Shown here: piece after piece, positions 55,211-56,533 of the stretch | Numbering within the stretch: position 1 is the first letter of the stretch | Layout of the letters: each line of letters opens with the position of its first letter | Virus record (IMG/VR): IMGVR_UViG_3300043811_000163 | Location: 1-56,533 of that record | DNA length: 56,533 nucleotides | Direction: 5' to 3' (one strand) | From: a virus | Translations under genes and position numbers: made by a program | The notes under the pieces: model-generated | The model's input: the letters and a program-made list of their open reading frames with translations, nothing else | Database searches by the model: none | What the model was told of the DNA's origin: nothing

Positions 55211-55690
55211 ATGCTGACCCTGCTTCTCGATGCAGCGCCTTCCGAACCACCGAGGTGGATATTTGAGCTTGGTGGCACGATTCTGTTTTCCGTCATTGGC
55301 TGGCTCATTTCGCGCGGAGTGAAGGCCAACGACGACAAATCGAAGCAGCTCGCCGAGCAGAACGCGGACCAGGGCCGGCGCATCTCGCAGCTCGAGAGCG
55401 ATCGGGCCTCGATGACGATCAAGCTCGATTGGCTGAACACGGAGCTTCAGCGACACCAGAGAGGCTGCGAGGATTCGGTCGACATGCGCCTCTTCGAAGA
55501 AAGAACGGGCAACCTCCGAGCCGATCTCGATCAGTGTCTTTTCCAGCTCGGCAGGAAACCGTCGACCGGGACCGTGCGCGCCATGATCAGCGGAAGCGAT
55601 CAGAGAGTCGAGCCGGATTCGAATCCGCCGGTTCCGCCAGCTACGCCGCAGAGGCGGCCGCCGTTCCCATCGCGACCCGGGAACCGCTAA
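55211..55690 (+). CDS. Single-TM coiled-coil protein (lysis-module candidate)
   Basis: WIFELGGTILFSVIGWLI hydrophobic segment followed by a heptad region. Confidence 0.5.
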   Translation: MLTLLLDAAPSEPPRWIFELGGTILFSVIGWLISRGVKANDDKSKQLAEQNADQGRRISQLESDRASMTIKLDWLNTELQRHQRGCEDSVDMRLFEERTGNLRADLDQCLFQLGRKPSTGTVRAMISGSDQRVEPDSNPPVPPATPQRRPPFPSRPGNR

Positions 55691-55709
55691 AGTTCCCTAC
55701 CTTCTTGGC

Positions 55710-56533
55710 ATGAAGGTCAAAATGTTCGTGCTCGCCATTTTCGCCGCGAGCCTGACGGCGGTCTGCCTGTTTTCCTGTCCCGCGTTCGCGCAGACGCCAG
55801 GTCCAGCTCCGGATCCGTCCGTCCTGTTCAATGCGATCTACTCGCACCAATGGGCCGTCGTGGTCGGATTCGTTCTGTATTTCGCATTTGCGCTGACCAA
55901 GCAAGGCTGGTTTGGTACCTGGCTGCAAGCGAAGTTGCCCAGTCAGTATTACTCGATCGTCGTGCCGCTCTTCGGCGTACTCGGGACCGAAGCGGTCGCA
56001 CTCGTGCAGGGCACGCCGTGGACCACAGCGCTGCTGAATGGATTGCTTTCGGGAATCACCGCGGTCATGGCTCACGAATCCGTCGTCGAGGCTGTCCGGG
56101 GCGGCAGAGAAATCGTCCCGGCGAAGTCGTCAAGCAAGTCGAATGGCGGAGGTCCCGCGAGCGTGAAGCCAGTGGCTCCTCCAGCAGCACCTCCGCCGCC
56201 TCCGCAAGCACCTCCGCCCGCGGCCGCTAGGGTCGGCCTGGTACTTCTCGCGCTGCTCGCTTCAGGCTGCCTCTCCGTCCCGACCGTCCAGGTCACTCCG
56301 CAGAACCAAGCTGAAGTCAGTGGCTGCACTCAGAACGCAAATTGGCACAACGCGTCATGGATCGCGGCGGGTGGCCTGGGCGCGGCCGGCGCGGGTCTCG
56401 GAGCCGCGGGTGCCCTGACCAACGACACGAACACGCAGCACGTGCTTGCCGGCGTCGGAATCGGGGTCGGCGTGGTTGCTGTCGGAGCCGCCGCCGTAGA
56501 AGCCGTGACCGCCGCGAACTACACGGGCGCGAA
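55710..56533 (+). CDS. Holin-like multi-TM protein fused to a lipoprotein-like C-terminal part (runs off the window)
   Basis: Hand translation is open to the window end: signal peptide, three hydrophobic helices, Pro-rich linker, RVGLVLLALLASGC, Gly/Ala-rich hydrophobic tail. Confidence 0.6.
   Translation, partial: MKVKMFVLAIFAASLTAVCLFSCPAFAQTPGPAPDPSVLFNAIYSHQWAVVVGFVLYFAFALTKQGWFGTWLQAKLPSQYYSIVVPLFGVLGTEAVALVQGTPWTTALLNGLLSGITAVMAHESVVEAVRGGREIVPAKSSSKSNGGGPASVKPVAPPAAPPPPPQAPPPAAARVGLVLLALLASGCLSVPTVQVTPQNQAEVSGCTQNANWHNASWIAAGGLGAAGAGLGAAGALTNDTNTQHVLAGVGIGVGVVAVGAAAVEAVTAANYTGA

Noticed and set aside
1-56533. tRNA or rRNA genes
   Set aside because: None recognised by eye and intergenic gaps are very short; tRNAscan-SE would be needed to exclude them formally

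Overview
High-GC window from a tailed bacteriophage with a contractile (myovirus-type) tail; no host genes, integrase, terminase, polymerase or endolysin are visible, so it is part of a larger phage or prophage genome. 1-14.5 kb: dense early/accessory region of small ORFs, transcribed leftward then rightward from a divergent switch at ~8.0 kb. Seven sigma70-like promoters here share a near-palindromic operator (ATAACCTCnRGTT). The region includes DUF3560-like, beta-clamp-like, DUF7007-like and DUF1643-like genes and ends in a Mesh1/SAH-type HD hydrolase plus a small unknown ORF. 14.5-19.8 kb (minus strand): a 1781-aa protein with a DUF1073-type portal N-terminus fused to a string of putative effector domains (His-rich helical, Nudix, hydrophobic helical, kinase-like, RelA/SpoT synthetase, GNAT). 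Most domains follow an Asp-containing linker and a repeated (H/Q)PRDxxG(R/K/Q)F tag. 19.9-56.5 kb (plus strand): DUF2213 protease/scaffold, capsid, decoration/fibre proteins (several with signal peptides or lipoboxes), neck, sheath, tube, a sigma-factor cassette, a frameshifting tail chaperone, tape measure, baseplate, fibres and holin-like genes, interrupted by four free-standing HNH-family endonucleases. Many late genes look leaderless (CTA[CG]NTT 6-7 nt before the start codon), and a covarying hairpin motif precedes three endonuclease genes and one early gene. Best candidate for a new system: a portal-anchored, protease-processed effector polyprotein with a convergently encoded alarmone hydrolase/immunity pair. 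All family names come from motif recognition by eye, not from database searches, and domain boundaries are approximate.
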